Shown: in pieces, positions 25,291 through 33,371 of the stretch
Layout of the letters: each line of letters starts with the position of its first letter
How positions within the stretch are numbered: position 1 is the stretch's first letter
NCBI GenBank assembly: GCA_951813555.1
Contig: OX638344.1
Location: 1,823,076 to 1,887,075, forward strand
Direction of reading: 5' to 3'
Length of the DNA stretch: 64,000 nt
Source of the DNA: an uncultured Acidimicrobiales bacterium
Lineage (GTDB): Bacteria > Actinomycetota > Acidimicrobiia > Acidimicrobiales > Bin134
Program-made: the position numbers and the translations under genes
The notes under the pieces: model-generated
Databases searched by the model: none
What the model was told of the DNA's origin: nothing
The model's input: only the letters and a program-made list of their open reading frames with translations

Positions 25291-27537
25291 ATGAGCATAT
25301 TGGGCAACGAAGTGAGGCGGGTGGAAGACCCCCGGATGCTGACCGACGGGGGAACGTACGTAGCCGACATCCCGGTGGAGGGGGCGGCTCATGTGGTGTT
25401 CGTGCGGTCGCCTATAGCCCACGCCCGGCTGCTGTCGGTGGAAACCAGCGATGCCCGCCCGATGCCCGGTGTCATCGACGTGGTCACCGGCGAGGATCTG
25501 AACCTGGCCGCCCAGCCGCCAATGATGGGCGATGCCGCAATGTCCCGCACCCTGCTGGCCACTGGCAGGGTTCGATTCGTCGGTGAGCCCATCGCCGCGG
25601 TGGTGGCCGAGACAGTCGCCCAGGCCACCGACGCCGCCGAGGCGATTTGGGCCGACTACGACCCACTGCCCGCGGTGGTCGATGCTGAAACTGCCGCCGA
25701 CGGCCCCAATCTGTTCGACGACGCCGAGTCCAACGTGGCCATCGCCTTCCCTCCGGCGGCCGAGCTGGACTTCAGCGGCTGTGAGGCGGTGGTCACCCAT
25801 CGCATCGTCAACTCCAAGATCTACGCCAGCCCCATTGAGGGCCGAGTAGCAGCCGCCGCTTGGGGCGAGGACGGGCGCCTGACCTGCTGGTCGAGCACCC
25901 AGGGGCCCCACACCGCTCAAAGGGCCATTGCCGGCTCGTTGGGGTTGGACCCGTCTCAGGTCCGGGTGATCATCCCCGATGTGGGCGGCGGCTTTGGCAC
26001 CAAGGCCAGCCCTGGCCCCGAGGAGTGCCTGCTGGGATGGCTGGCCCGGCGGGTGGGGCGTCCGGCGCGCTGGGCCGAGACCCGCACCGAGAGCCTCCAG
26101 TCGCTGGGCCACAGCCGGGCCCAGTTCCAAACCGTCACCCTCGGGGGCACGGCCGACGGCCGCATCACCCACTACCGCCTGGACATGCTGGCCGACGCCG
26201 GCGCCTACCCCGGCGTGGGGGCGCTGCTGCCCACCTTCACCGGGCTCATGGCTTGCGGCAACTACGACATTGCCAACGTGGCCTGGTCGGCCACCGCAGT
26301 AGTAACCAACACCTCGCCGGTGCAGGCATTCCGAGGGGCCGGTCGACCCGAGGCCACTGCGGCTATAGAAAGGGCGGTGGATCTTTTCGCGGCCGAGATC
26401 GGCATGGATCCGGCTGAGGTGCGCCGCCGCAACTACCTAGCCCCCGACGCCTTTCCTCTCACCACCCCCACTGGCGCGGCCTATGACTCCGGGAACTACG
26501 GGGCCTCGCTTGAGTCGGCACTTGAAGCGGCCGACTACGAAGGGCTGCGGGCCGAACAAGCAGCTCGCCGGGAGCGGGGCGACCACCAGCTCATGGGCAT
26601 TGGACTCTCCACCTATGTGGAGGTCACCTCGCCCATGGGCCCGGTCTGCACGGAAACGGGAAGCCTGGAGCTGCGGCCCGACGGCACGGTGCTGGCCCGT
26701 ACCGGGGCCACCCCCTTCGGCCAGGGCCATGTGACCACGCTGTCGATGGTGGTGGCCGACACCTTGGGCATCGACATGGACCGCATCGAGATGATCCACG
26801 GCGACACCGACGAGATCCCCTCCAGCGACATCACCGGAGGGTCCCGCACTGCCCAGATCGCGGGCTCGGCTCTTTTCGACGCATCCGAGAAGCTCATCGA
26901 GGCGGCACGCCCGCTGGCCGCTGACCTGCTGGAGGCCGCACCCGCCGACGTGGTGTTGGATTCCGAAACCGGCCAGTTCCACGTGGTCGGCACCCCGGCC
27001 CGGACCGCCGACTGGGCCCAGGTGGCGTCGATGGCCGAACAGCCGCTGTTCGTGGAGAACGACTTCGAACAGCACGGCCCGACCTTCCCGTTTGGCACCC
27101 ACGTGGCCGTGGTGGAATTGGACACCGACACCGGCGAGGTGAGGCTAGAACGCCTGGTGGCGGTGGACGACGCCGGGACACTGCTCAATCCGCTGCTCGC
27201 CCACGGCCAGATCCACGGCGGTCTGGCGGCCGGGGCGGCCCAAGCCCTCATCGAAGAGGTCCGCTACGACTCCGACGGCAACCTGCTGACCTCCAACTTC
27301 GCCGACTACGGCGTGATATCCAGTACCGAGCTGCCCAGCTTCGAGGTGTACGAGTCGGTCACCCCCACCCCGCTCAACCCGCTCGGAGCCAAGGGAATTG
27401 GCGAGTCGGGCACGGTGGGATCCACCCCCGCGGTGCAGAACGCAGTGGTCGACGCCCTGTCGCATCTCGGCATCCGCCACCTCGACATGCCCGCCTCCCC
27501 CGAACGGGTCTGGACGGCCATGGAGTCAGTCAGCTAG
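25291..27537 (+). CDS. Xanthine dehydrogenase / CoxL-family molybdopterin-binding large subunit (form II-like), second copy
   Basis: MSILGNEVRRVEDPRMLTDGG at the N-terminus. Loop AFRGAGR at 26326-26346. ATG 25291 is preferred to the track's TTG 25270. Confidence 0.85.
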   Translation: MSILGNEVRRVEDPRMLTDGGTYVADIPVEGAAHVVFVRSPIAHARLLSVETSDARPMPGVIDVVTGEDLNLAAQPPMMGDAAMSRTLLATGRVRFVGEPIAAVVAETVAQATDAAEAIWADYDPLPAVVDAETAADGPNLFDDAESNVAIAFPPAAELDFSGCEAVVTHRIVNSKIYASPIEGRVAAAAWGEDGRLTCWSSTQGPHTAQRAIAGSLGLDPSQVRVIIPDVGGGFGTKASPGPEECLLGWLARRVGRPARWAETRTESLQSLGHSRAQFQTVTLGGTADGRITHYRLDMLADAGAYPGVGALLPTFTGLMACGNYDIANVAWSATAVVTNTSPVQAFRGAGRPEATAAIERAVDLFAAEIGMDPAEVRRRNYLAPDAFPLTTPTGAAYDSGNYGASLESALEAADYEGLRAEQAARRERGDHQLMGIGLSTYVEVTSPMGPVCTETGSLELRPDGTVLARTGATPFGQGHVTTLSMVVADTLGIDMDRIEMIHGDTDEIPSSDITGGSRTAQIAGSALFDASEKLIEAARPLAADLLEAAPADVVLDSETGQFHVVGTPARTADWAQVASMAEQPLFVENDFEQHGPTFPFGTHVAVVELDTDTGEVRLERLVAVDDAGTLLNPLLAHGQIHGGLAAGAAQALIEEVRYDSDGNLLTSNFADYGVISSTELPSFEVYESVTPTPLNPLGAKGIGESGTVGSTPAVQNAVVDALSHLGIRHLDMPASPERVWTAMESVS

Positions 27538-27560
27538 CGGTTGTCCTACTCTTGCGGGCC

Positions 27561-28433
27561 ATGAAGTTCGGCATCGGTTTCGCAAACATTCTCCACTGGA
27601 CCACCGCGCAGGGCGCAGTGGAGTTCGGGCAGGCGGCGGAGGCCGCCGGGTTCGACTCGGTTTGGACGGTGGAGCACGTCGTGTACCCCGACGAGTACGC
27701 CTCGCAATATCCCTACGACCCGACGGGCAAGATGGCGATGACCCCCGACTCCCCATTGCCCGACCCGCTCATCTGGCTGACGTGGGTGGCTTCGGCCACC
27801 ACCACCCTGCGGCTGGGCACCGGCATCTTGATCCTGCCCCAGCGCAACCCGGTGGTGCTGGCCAAGTCGCTGGGCACGCTGGACTCCATGTCGGGGGGCC
27901 GAGTCACCCTCGGGGTGGGCGTGGGCTGGCTGAAAGAAGAGTTTGAGGCGCTGGGCATCCCGTGGGAGCGGCGGGGCCAACGCACCGACGACTACATCGG
28001 AGCCATGCGGGCGCTGTGGGACGCAGACAGCACCTCGTTCGACAGCGACCACGCCTCGTTCTCCGGCGTCAGCGTGAACCCCAAGCCGGCCAACGGCCGG
28101 GTGCCCATCGTGATCGGCGGTCACTCGATGGCCGCCGCCCGCCGGGCCGGTCGGCTGGGCGACGGCTTTTGGCCCGGACCGCGGGAGGGAACGTCCATGG
28201 CCGAGCTCATCGACGTGATGCACCAGGAGGCCGCGGCCGCAGGCCGGGACCCCGAAGCGATAGAGATCACCGTCGGTCTGCCCAACACGCCGATGGACGA
28301 TCCTGCGGGGCTGGTCCAGGAGGTGGCCGACCTGGGGGCCCACCGCCTGATCGTGCCGTCCTTCTTGTTCTTCGCCGATACGGCCGAGACGATGGCTGCG
28401 TTCGGGGCGCAACTCCAGGCCGTGGCCCAGTGA
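27561..28433 (+). CDS. LLM-class F420-dependent oxidoreductase
   Basis: MKFGIGFANI...AEAAGFDSVWTVEHVV...LGTGILILPQRNPVVLAK...GRVTLGVGVGW. ATG 27561 (track: TTG 27552). Confidence 0.8.
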   Translation: MKFGIGFANILHWTTAQGAVEFGQAAEAAGFDSVWTVEHVVYPDEYASQYPYDPTGKMAMTPDSPLPDPLIWLTWVASATTTLRLGTGILILPQRNPVVLAKSLGTLDSMSGGRVTLGVGVGWLKEEFEALGIPWERRGQRTDDYIGAMRALWDADSTSFDSDHASFSGVSVNPKPANGRVPIVIGGHSMAAARRAGRLGDGFWPGPREGTSMAELIDVMHQEAAAAGRDPEAIEITVGLPNTPMDDPAGLVQEVADLGAHRLIVPSFLFFADTAETMAAFGAQLQAVAQ

Positions 28434-28464
28434 ACGGACTCGAAGCACGTCAGAAGGAGGCCCA

Positions 28465-29607
28465 GTGAGCAACATCGAGCAATGGCACGCCTCCGCCGTT
28501 GAGCGGACCGGGCTCGACGAATTCGGCCGCGACGACTACCTCGAGGGCTTGGCCGTGCTGGAGGAGTCGCTGGAGGCCGAGGCGGCCATGACCGACATCG
28601 GCCGTTTCGCCATCGGCGAGATCATCACCGGAGCCCTTATGGGCCGCCTCAAGGCTGAAGCCGGCCTGAAGGCCCGGCCTGAGGCCGCCAACGTCAATGT
28701 CGAGCGGCCTCTGGTAATCATCGGCCTGCCCCGCACCGGCACCACCGCTTTGCACCAGCTGATGGCGGCCAGCCCCCACTTCCAGGGATTGGAGCTGTGG
28801 CTGGCCGAGATGCCCCAGCCCCGCCCGCCCCGCAACCAATGGGAGCAGAACGACGACTATGTCAATTGCAAGGCCAAGATGGATGCCATGGCCGAGATGA
28901 ATCCCGATCAGTCCGTCATCCACTTCCAATCGGCCGAGTTTGTGGACGAGTGCTGGAACTTGTTCCGCCACTCGTTCGCCAGCGTCACCTTCGAGTGCCT
29001 GTTCCGCATCCCCACCTATTCGGCCTGGTGGGCGGGCTGCGATATGGGACCGGCCTACGCGCAGCACCGCCGCAGCATCGGCCTTATCGGCGTTGACGAG
29101 CCCGACACCTGCTGGCTGCTGAAGGACCCCAGCCACCTGTTCGCCCCCGAGGCGCTGTTTGCCACCTACCCAGACGCCAACGTGGTGATGACCCATCGTG
29201 ATCCGCTGAAAGCGGTGGCCTCGGTGTGCAGCCTCACTGGGGTGAGCCGCCAGGGGTTCGAGCATCATCCCGACGACATCGCCCTCGGTGCCGAACAGAC
29301 TGAGTTGTGGGCCCGGGGCATCGAGCGGTTGCTGGCCGCCCGAGCCGGTCGGGAGGACCGGTTCTACGACCTGCACTTCGCCGACTTCCAGACCGACCCG
29401 CTGGGCAGGGTGGACGCCATCTGCGACCGGTTCGGCTACCGCTTCGACGACCCCGCCGAGCAGGCGGTGGCCCAATGGGCTGCCGATCACCCCAAGGGAG
29501 AACACGGCGTCCACGACTACAGCCCCGACCAGTACGGGCTGAGAGCCGAGGTCGTCCACGATCGCTATGGCGACTACATCGAGGCTTGCGGGGTGGCTGT
29601 GGAATGA
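28465..29607 (+). CDS. Sulfotransferase family protein
   Basis: GTG start with a gaaggagg SD. PAPS 5'-phosphosulfate-binding loop GLPRTGTTALHQL. 380 aa. Confidence 0.75.
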   Translation: MSNIEQWHASAVERTGLDEFGRDDYLEGLAVLEESLEAEAAMTDIGRFAIGEIITGALMGRLKAEAGLKARPEAANVNVERPLVIIGLPRTGTTALHQLMAASPHFQGLELWLAEMPQPRPPRNQWEQNDDYVNCKAKMDAMAEMNPDQSVIHFQSAEFVDECWNLFRHSFASVTFECLFRIPTYSAWWAGCDMGPAYAQHRRSIGLIGVDEPDTCWLLKDPSHLFAPEALFATYPDANVVMTHRDPLKAVASVCSLTGVSRQGFEHHPDDIALGAEQTELWARGIERLLAARAGREDRFYDLHFADFQTDPLGRVDAICDRFGYRFDDPAEQAVAQWAADHPKGEHGVHDYSPDQYGLRAEVVHDRYGDYIEACGVAVE

Positions 29608-30659
29608 GCGAAATCGATCTGGGCAATTCCTGGGAGGAGTTCTGCGACGCCCTGCGGGATGCGGGCCGCCAGGTGCTCGACGCCGCCCCCGACGACGACT
29701 TCGACCGGGCCGAGGGGTTGCGCTACGTGACCCGGCTGGCCGCCAATTTTCTGAAGGCCAATCTGGAGGAGTCGGACCCGGCCCGGGCCATCCTCAACCA
29801 GGCGGGGGTCAAGATCGGGCTGGACAACCCCGACTATGCCTATGGGGGTGCCCGGTTGTCGCCCCGATTCGACTACCGGTTGTCGGGCCGCCTCAACGAC
29901 GCCCACTCCATCCGCATGGGGGCGTTCAGCGGCGGTTTGGGCACACCAGAGGGGCTGATCCGCGACAGCTACCTGACCACCGAGGATCTCGAGCTGGATG
30001 CCGACGGTGGCTTCGAGGTGGCCATCAGCACCGAGCCCCAGTCTGGTCCATGGCTGGCCATGAAAGAAGCCACCAACTCGCTGACCATCCGTCAGACCCT
30101 GCTCGACCGGCCCAACCAGATCCCCGCCGAGATGACCCTGGAGCGGACCGACGCCGGCAGCCCGCCTGAGCCGGTGGACCCCGAGCGGTTGGCCGGAGCA
30201 CTGGGCCGGGCCGGGTTCACCGTGGGCGCGGTGGTGGGCCAGTTTCTGGGCTGGACGGCCAGCTTCGCCGCCCATACCCATGAGGTGCGGCCCATCGACC
30301 CCAAGCTCTTGGCCTTTGCCCAGGGTGACCCCGACACGTCCTACAACTACGGGTACTTCGACCTAGGCCCCGACGAGGCTTGGATCATCGAGTTCGAGCC
30401 TCCCGACTGCGAGTACTGGAACATCCAGCTCGGCAACCACTGGCTGGAGTCGCTGGACTTCGAGTACTACCAAACCAACCTCAACCACCACACCGCGGCA
30501 GTGGAAGCCGATGGCACAGTGCGGGTGGTGGTGGCCCGACAAGACCCCGGCTACCCCAACTGGCTGGACACCGCGGGCCACGCCCGAGGCGGCCTAGCGC
30601 TGCGCTGGGTAGGGGCAGACCACGAGCCCGAGGTCCGCTGCCGGGTTGAAGAGCTCTAG
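29604..30659 (+). CDS. DUF1214-like protein
   Basis: Track ORF 29307..30659 trimmed to ATG 29604, giving an ATGA overlap with the sulfotransferase stop. MSEIDLGNSWEEFCDALRDAG...LDNPDYAYGG. The family assignment is from memory only. Confidence 0.45.
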   Translation: MSEIDLGNSWEEFCDALRDAGRQVLDAAPDDDFDRAEGLRYVTRLAANFLKANLEESDPARAILNQAGVKIGLDNPDYAYGGARLSPRFDYRLSGRLNDAHSIRMGAFSGGLGTPEGLIRDSYLTTEDLELDADGGFEVAISTEPQSGPWLAMKEATNSLTIRQTLLDRPNQIPAEMTLERTDAGSPPEPVDPERLAGALGRAGFTVGAVVGQFLGWTASFAAHTHEVRPIDPKLLAFAQGDPDTSYNYGYFDLGPDEAWIIEFEPPDCEYWNIQLGNHWLESLDFEYYQTNLNHHTAAVEADGTVRVVVARQDPGYPNWLDTAGHARGGLALRWVGADHEPEVRCRVEEL

Positions 30660-31591
30660 ATCTCGTTGCTGGGCCTGCCTGGCCCGGCGGCGGGGTTGCC
30701 GCTCATGTCGGCGTTCAGTTGGGCCTTGGCCATCAGATCGGCCACCACTGGCTGCAAAGTTGTGGGGTCTTGGGAATCGAGGGGGATGTTGGGGCCGAGG
30801 GCCCAGCCCTCGGCGATGCCCAGCCGGCCGTTGCCTACCACCCACACTCGGCCGGTCACATTGGCCGCCTCGGGGCTGCACAGCCACGTGACGATGGGGG
30901 CAATCCACCGAGGGGACATCGTCTCCTGAAATTCTTCTGAAATGTCGTCTCCGCCCATCAGCGGGGCGGTCAGCCGGGTCAGGGCGCTGGGGGCGATGCA
31001 GTTCACCGTGATCCCGTAGCGGACCAGCTCCATGGCCGAGATCACCGTGAAGGCGGCGATGCCCGCCTTGGCTGCGCCGTAGTTGGTCTGGCCCACGTTG
31101 CCGAAGATGCCAGAGGGAGATGCGGTGTTGATTATCCGGGCTTGGAAGCTACCCCCGGCCTTGGTCTGCTCCCGCCACCAGGCCGCCGCGTGGTGAACCG
31201 GGGCGAAGGTGCCCTTGAGGTGCACCTGCACGACCGCATCCCAGTCCGACTCGCTCATGGAGAACACCATGCGATCCCGCAGGATGCCAGCGTTGTTGAT
31301 GAGGATGTCCAGCGTGCCGAATGTGTCGATGGCTTGGTGGATCATGTCGCGAGCAGCGTCGAAATCGCTCACATCGGCGCCGTTTACCACCGCTTCGCCG
31401 CCCATAGCCCGGATCTCCTCGACCACTTCGCCAGCCGGCCCGGCGTCGCCGCCTCGGCCGTCGGGGTCGGCGCCCAGGTCGTTGACCACCACCTTGGCGC
31501 CGTGCTCGGCCAGCATCAGGGCGTATTCCCGCCCGATGCCCCGCCCTGCGCCGGTGATTACCGCGACCCGTCCTTCACAAAGCCTGCTCAT
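30656..31591 (-). CDS. SDR family oxidoreductase (HSD17B4/FabG-like)
   Basis: VITGAGRGIGRE cofactor motif, NNAG, and catalytic YGAAKAG. The stop overlaps the convergent gene's stop (CTAG). Confidence 0.85.
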   Translation of the reverse strand: MSRLCEGRVAVITGAGRGIGREYALMLAEHGAKVVVNDLGADPDGRGGDAGPAGEVVEEIRAMGGEAVVNGADVSDFDAARDMIHQAIDTFGTLDILINNAGILRDRMVFSMSESDWDAVVQVHLKGTFAPVHHAAAWWREQTKAGGSFQARIINTASPSGIFGNVGQTNYGAAKAGIAAFTVISAMELVRYGITVNCIAPSALTRLTAPLMGGDDISEEFQETMSPRWIAPIVTWLCSPEAANVTGRVWVVGNGRLGIAEGWALGPNIPLDSQDPTTLQPVVADLMAKAQLNADMSGNPAAGPGRPSNEI

Positions 31592-31650
31592 GATGTCGAT
31601 CCCTCGTGCTTTCGAGCCCCTCGTCCGTTCAAAAGAGCTTCGCCGACGAA

Positions 31651-32523
31651 CTATAGAAGGGCGTCAGCCAGGGTTCGCCATTGGGCCAGGGGCAGTTCGC
31701 CGCGGGGTGTGAGCACCTGCACGGCCACGTGGTCGGCACCGGCATCGTGGTGGGCCTGGATGCGGGCCCGGATGGTGTCCAAGTCACCCCAGGCCACAAT
31801 GGCGTCCACCAGCTTGTCCGACTGTTCGGCCACTTCCTCCTCGGTGAAGCCCAGCCGGTAGAGGTTGTTCACGTAGTTGGGGAGCCCCAGGTACAAGGCC
31901 ATGTTCTCCCGGGCCAGCGCCCGAGCCGCCTCGGGATCGGTTTCCAGGCACACCTTCTGCTCGGGAGCCAAGAGGGCGTCGGGCCCCATGATCTCCCGGG
32001 CGAGGGCGGTGTGCTCGGGGGGCACGAAGTAGGGGTGGGCGCCGGCGGTGCGCTCCGCGGCCAGCGCTAGCATCTTGGGACCCAGAGCGGCCAGCACCAG
32101 CGGCGGGTCTTCTTCGGGGCCGTGTGCCATGTACATGGCCCCCTCCATCTCGTTGAGGTAGTCCACCATGAAGGAGTAGGGCTTGGAGTAGTCCAGCTTG
32201 CGGATTCCCTCGATGAACGGGCCGTGGCTCACGCCGATGCCCAGCAGGAACCGGCCGTCGAACGCCTCGGCCACCGTCTTCTGGGCAGTCGCGGTGGTCA
32301 TGGGATGGCGGGCGTGGATTTGCGCGATACCGGTGGCGATCTTCAGCGTGCTGGTGGCCCCCAGCATGACCGATGCCGACACAAACGGATCCCGGCCCAC
32401 GGCTTCGGGGATCCACACTGTGGGCCAGCCCATCTCCTCCAGCTCGGCGACGATTTCCCGTACCTGGCCCGAAGGACGCTGGTCCAATACGCCCTGCCAC
32501 AATCCGATTCTTCCGATGTCCAT
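31651..32523 (-). CDS. LLM-class F420-dependent oxidoreductase
   Basis: 290 aa. MDIGRIGLWQGVLD...GWPTVWIPEAVGRDPF...FLLGIGVSH. Confidence 0.8.
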   Translation of the reverse strand: MDIGRIGLWQGVLDQRPSGQVREIVAELEEMGWPTVWIPEAVGRDPFVSASVMLGATSTLKIATGIAQIHARHPMTTATAQKTVAEAFDGRFLLGIGVSHGPFIEGIRKLDYSKPYSFMVDYLNEMEGAMYMAHGPEEDPPLVLAALGPKMLALAAERTAGAHPYFVPPEHTALAREIMGPDALLAPEQKVCLETDPEAARALARENMALYLGLPNYVNNLYRLGFTEEEVAEQSDKLVDAIVAWGDLDTIRARIQAHHDAGADHVAVQVLTPRGELPLAQWRTLADALL

Positions 32524-32582
32524 GGCGGGATGGTAACGCCGCCTTGGAATTGGGTCGCATCGGCGATACTACGCTTCGGGCT

Positions 32583-33371
32583 GTGCCCAGCTATGAGAAC
32601 TTGCTGTACGAGGAGTCCGACGGGGTGGCGGTGGTCACGTTGAACCGACCCGAGCGCCTCAACGCCATGGACAACACCTCTTGTGATGAGCTCCGGGCGG
32701 TTTGGGCTCACCTTCGCTACAACGACGATGTGCGATGCGTGATCCTCACCGCCGCGGGGGAGCGGGCCTTCAGCACTGGGGTGGACATCACCGGGTCGTG
32801 GAAGCAACCGGCCTCGCCGTTCATGGTGGACGATCCCATCTCCACCGTTGGCCCCAAGTCCAACGACTACTGGCGCCCGGTGATCGCCGCGGTAAATGGG
32901 ATGGCCGCCGGGGGAGCGTTCTACCTGCTGGGCGAGGTGGAGTTCATTATCGCCTCCGATAACGCCACTTTTTTCGATCCCCACGTGAGCCACGGCATGC
33001 CCGCGGTCAACGAGCCCATGTTCATGCTCCAGCGGATGCCGCTGGGCGAGGTCATGCGCATGTCGCTACTGGGCCGTCACGAGCGCATGTCGGCCCAGCG
33101 GGCCTTCCAGATCGGATTGGTGCAGGAGTTGGTGCCGTTCGACGAGCTGATGGACACAGCCCGCTGGTGTGCCGAAGCCATCGTGTCGGCCCCCGAGCGC
33201 CTTGCGGTCGAAGCCACCATGAAGGGGCTGTGGACGGCCCAGTACACGACGCTGGCTAATGCGGTGAACAGCGGGGTGGCTTTTTTGAGCCTGGCCGGGG
33301 CCGAGGAGGAGATCACCGAGAAGGCCCGGGGCATCAAGGAGCAGACCCGCATCGAGCCTCGCATCCGATGA
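32583..33371 (+). CDS. Enoyl-CoA hydratase/isomerase (crotonase) family protein
   Basis: VAVVTLNRPERLNAM and VILTAAGERAFSTGVD. The track ORF start at 32373 overlaps the divergent LLM gene. Plausible starts are GTG 32583 or TTG 32544/32550, so the start is uncertain. Confidence 0.75.
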   Translation: MPSYENLLYEESDGVAVVTLNRPERLNAMDNTSCDELRAVWAHLRYNDDVRCVILTAAGERAFSTGVDITGSWKQPASPFMVDDPISTVGPKSNDYWRPVIAAVNGMAAGGAFYLLGEVEFIIASDNATFFDPHVSHGMPAVNEPMFMLQRMPLGEVMRMSLLGRHERMSAQRAFQIGLVQELVPFDELMDTARWCAEAIVSAPERLAVEATMKGLWTAQYTTLANAVNSGVAFLSLAGAEEEITEKARGIKEQTRIEPRIR

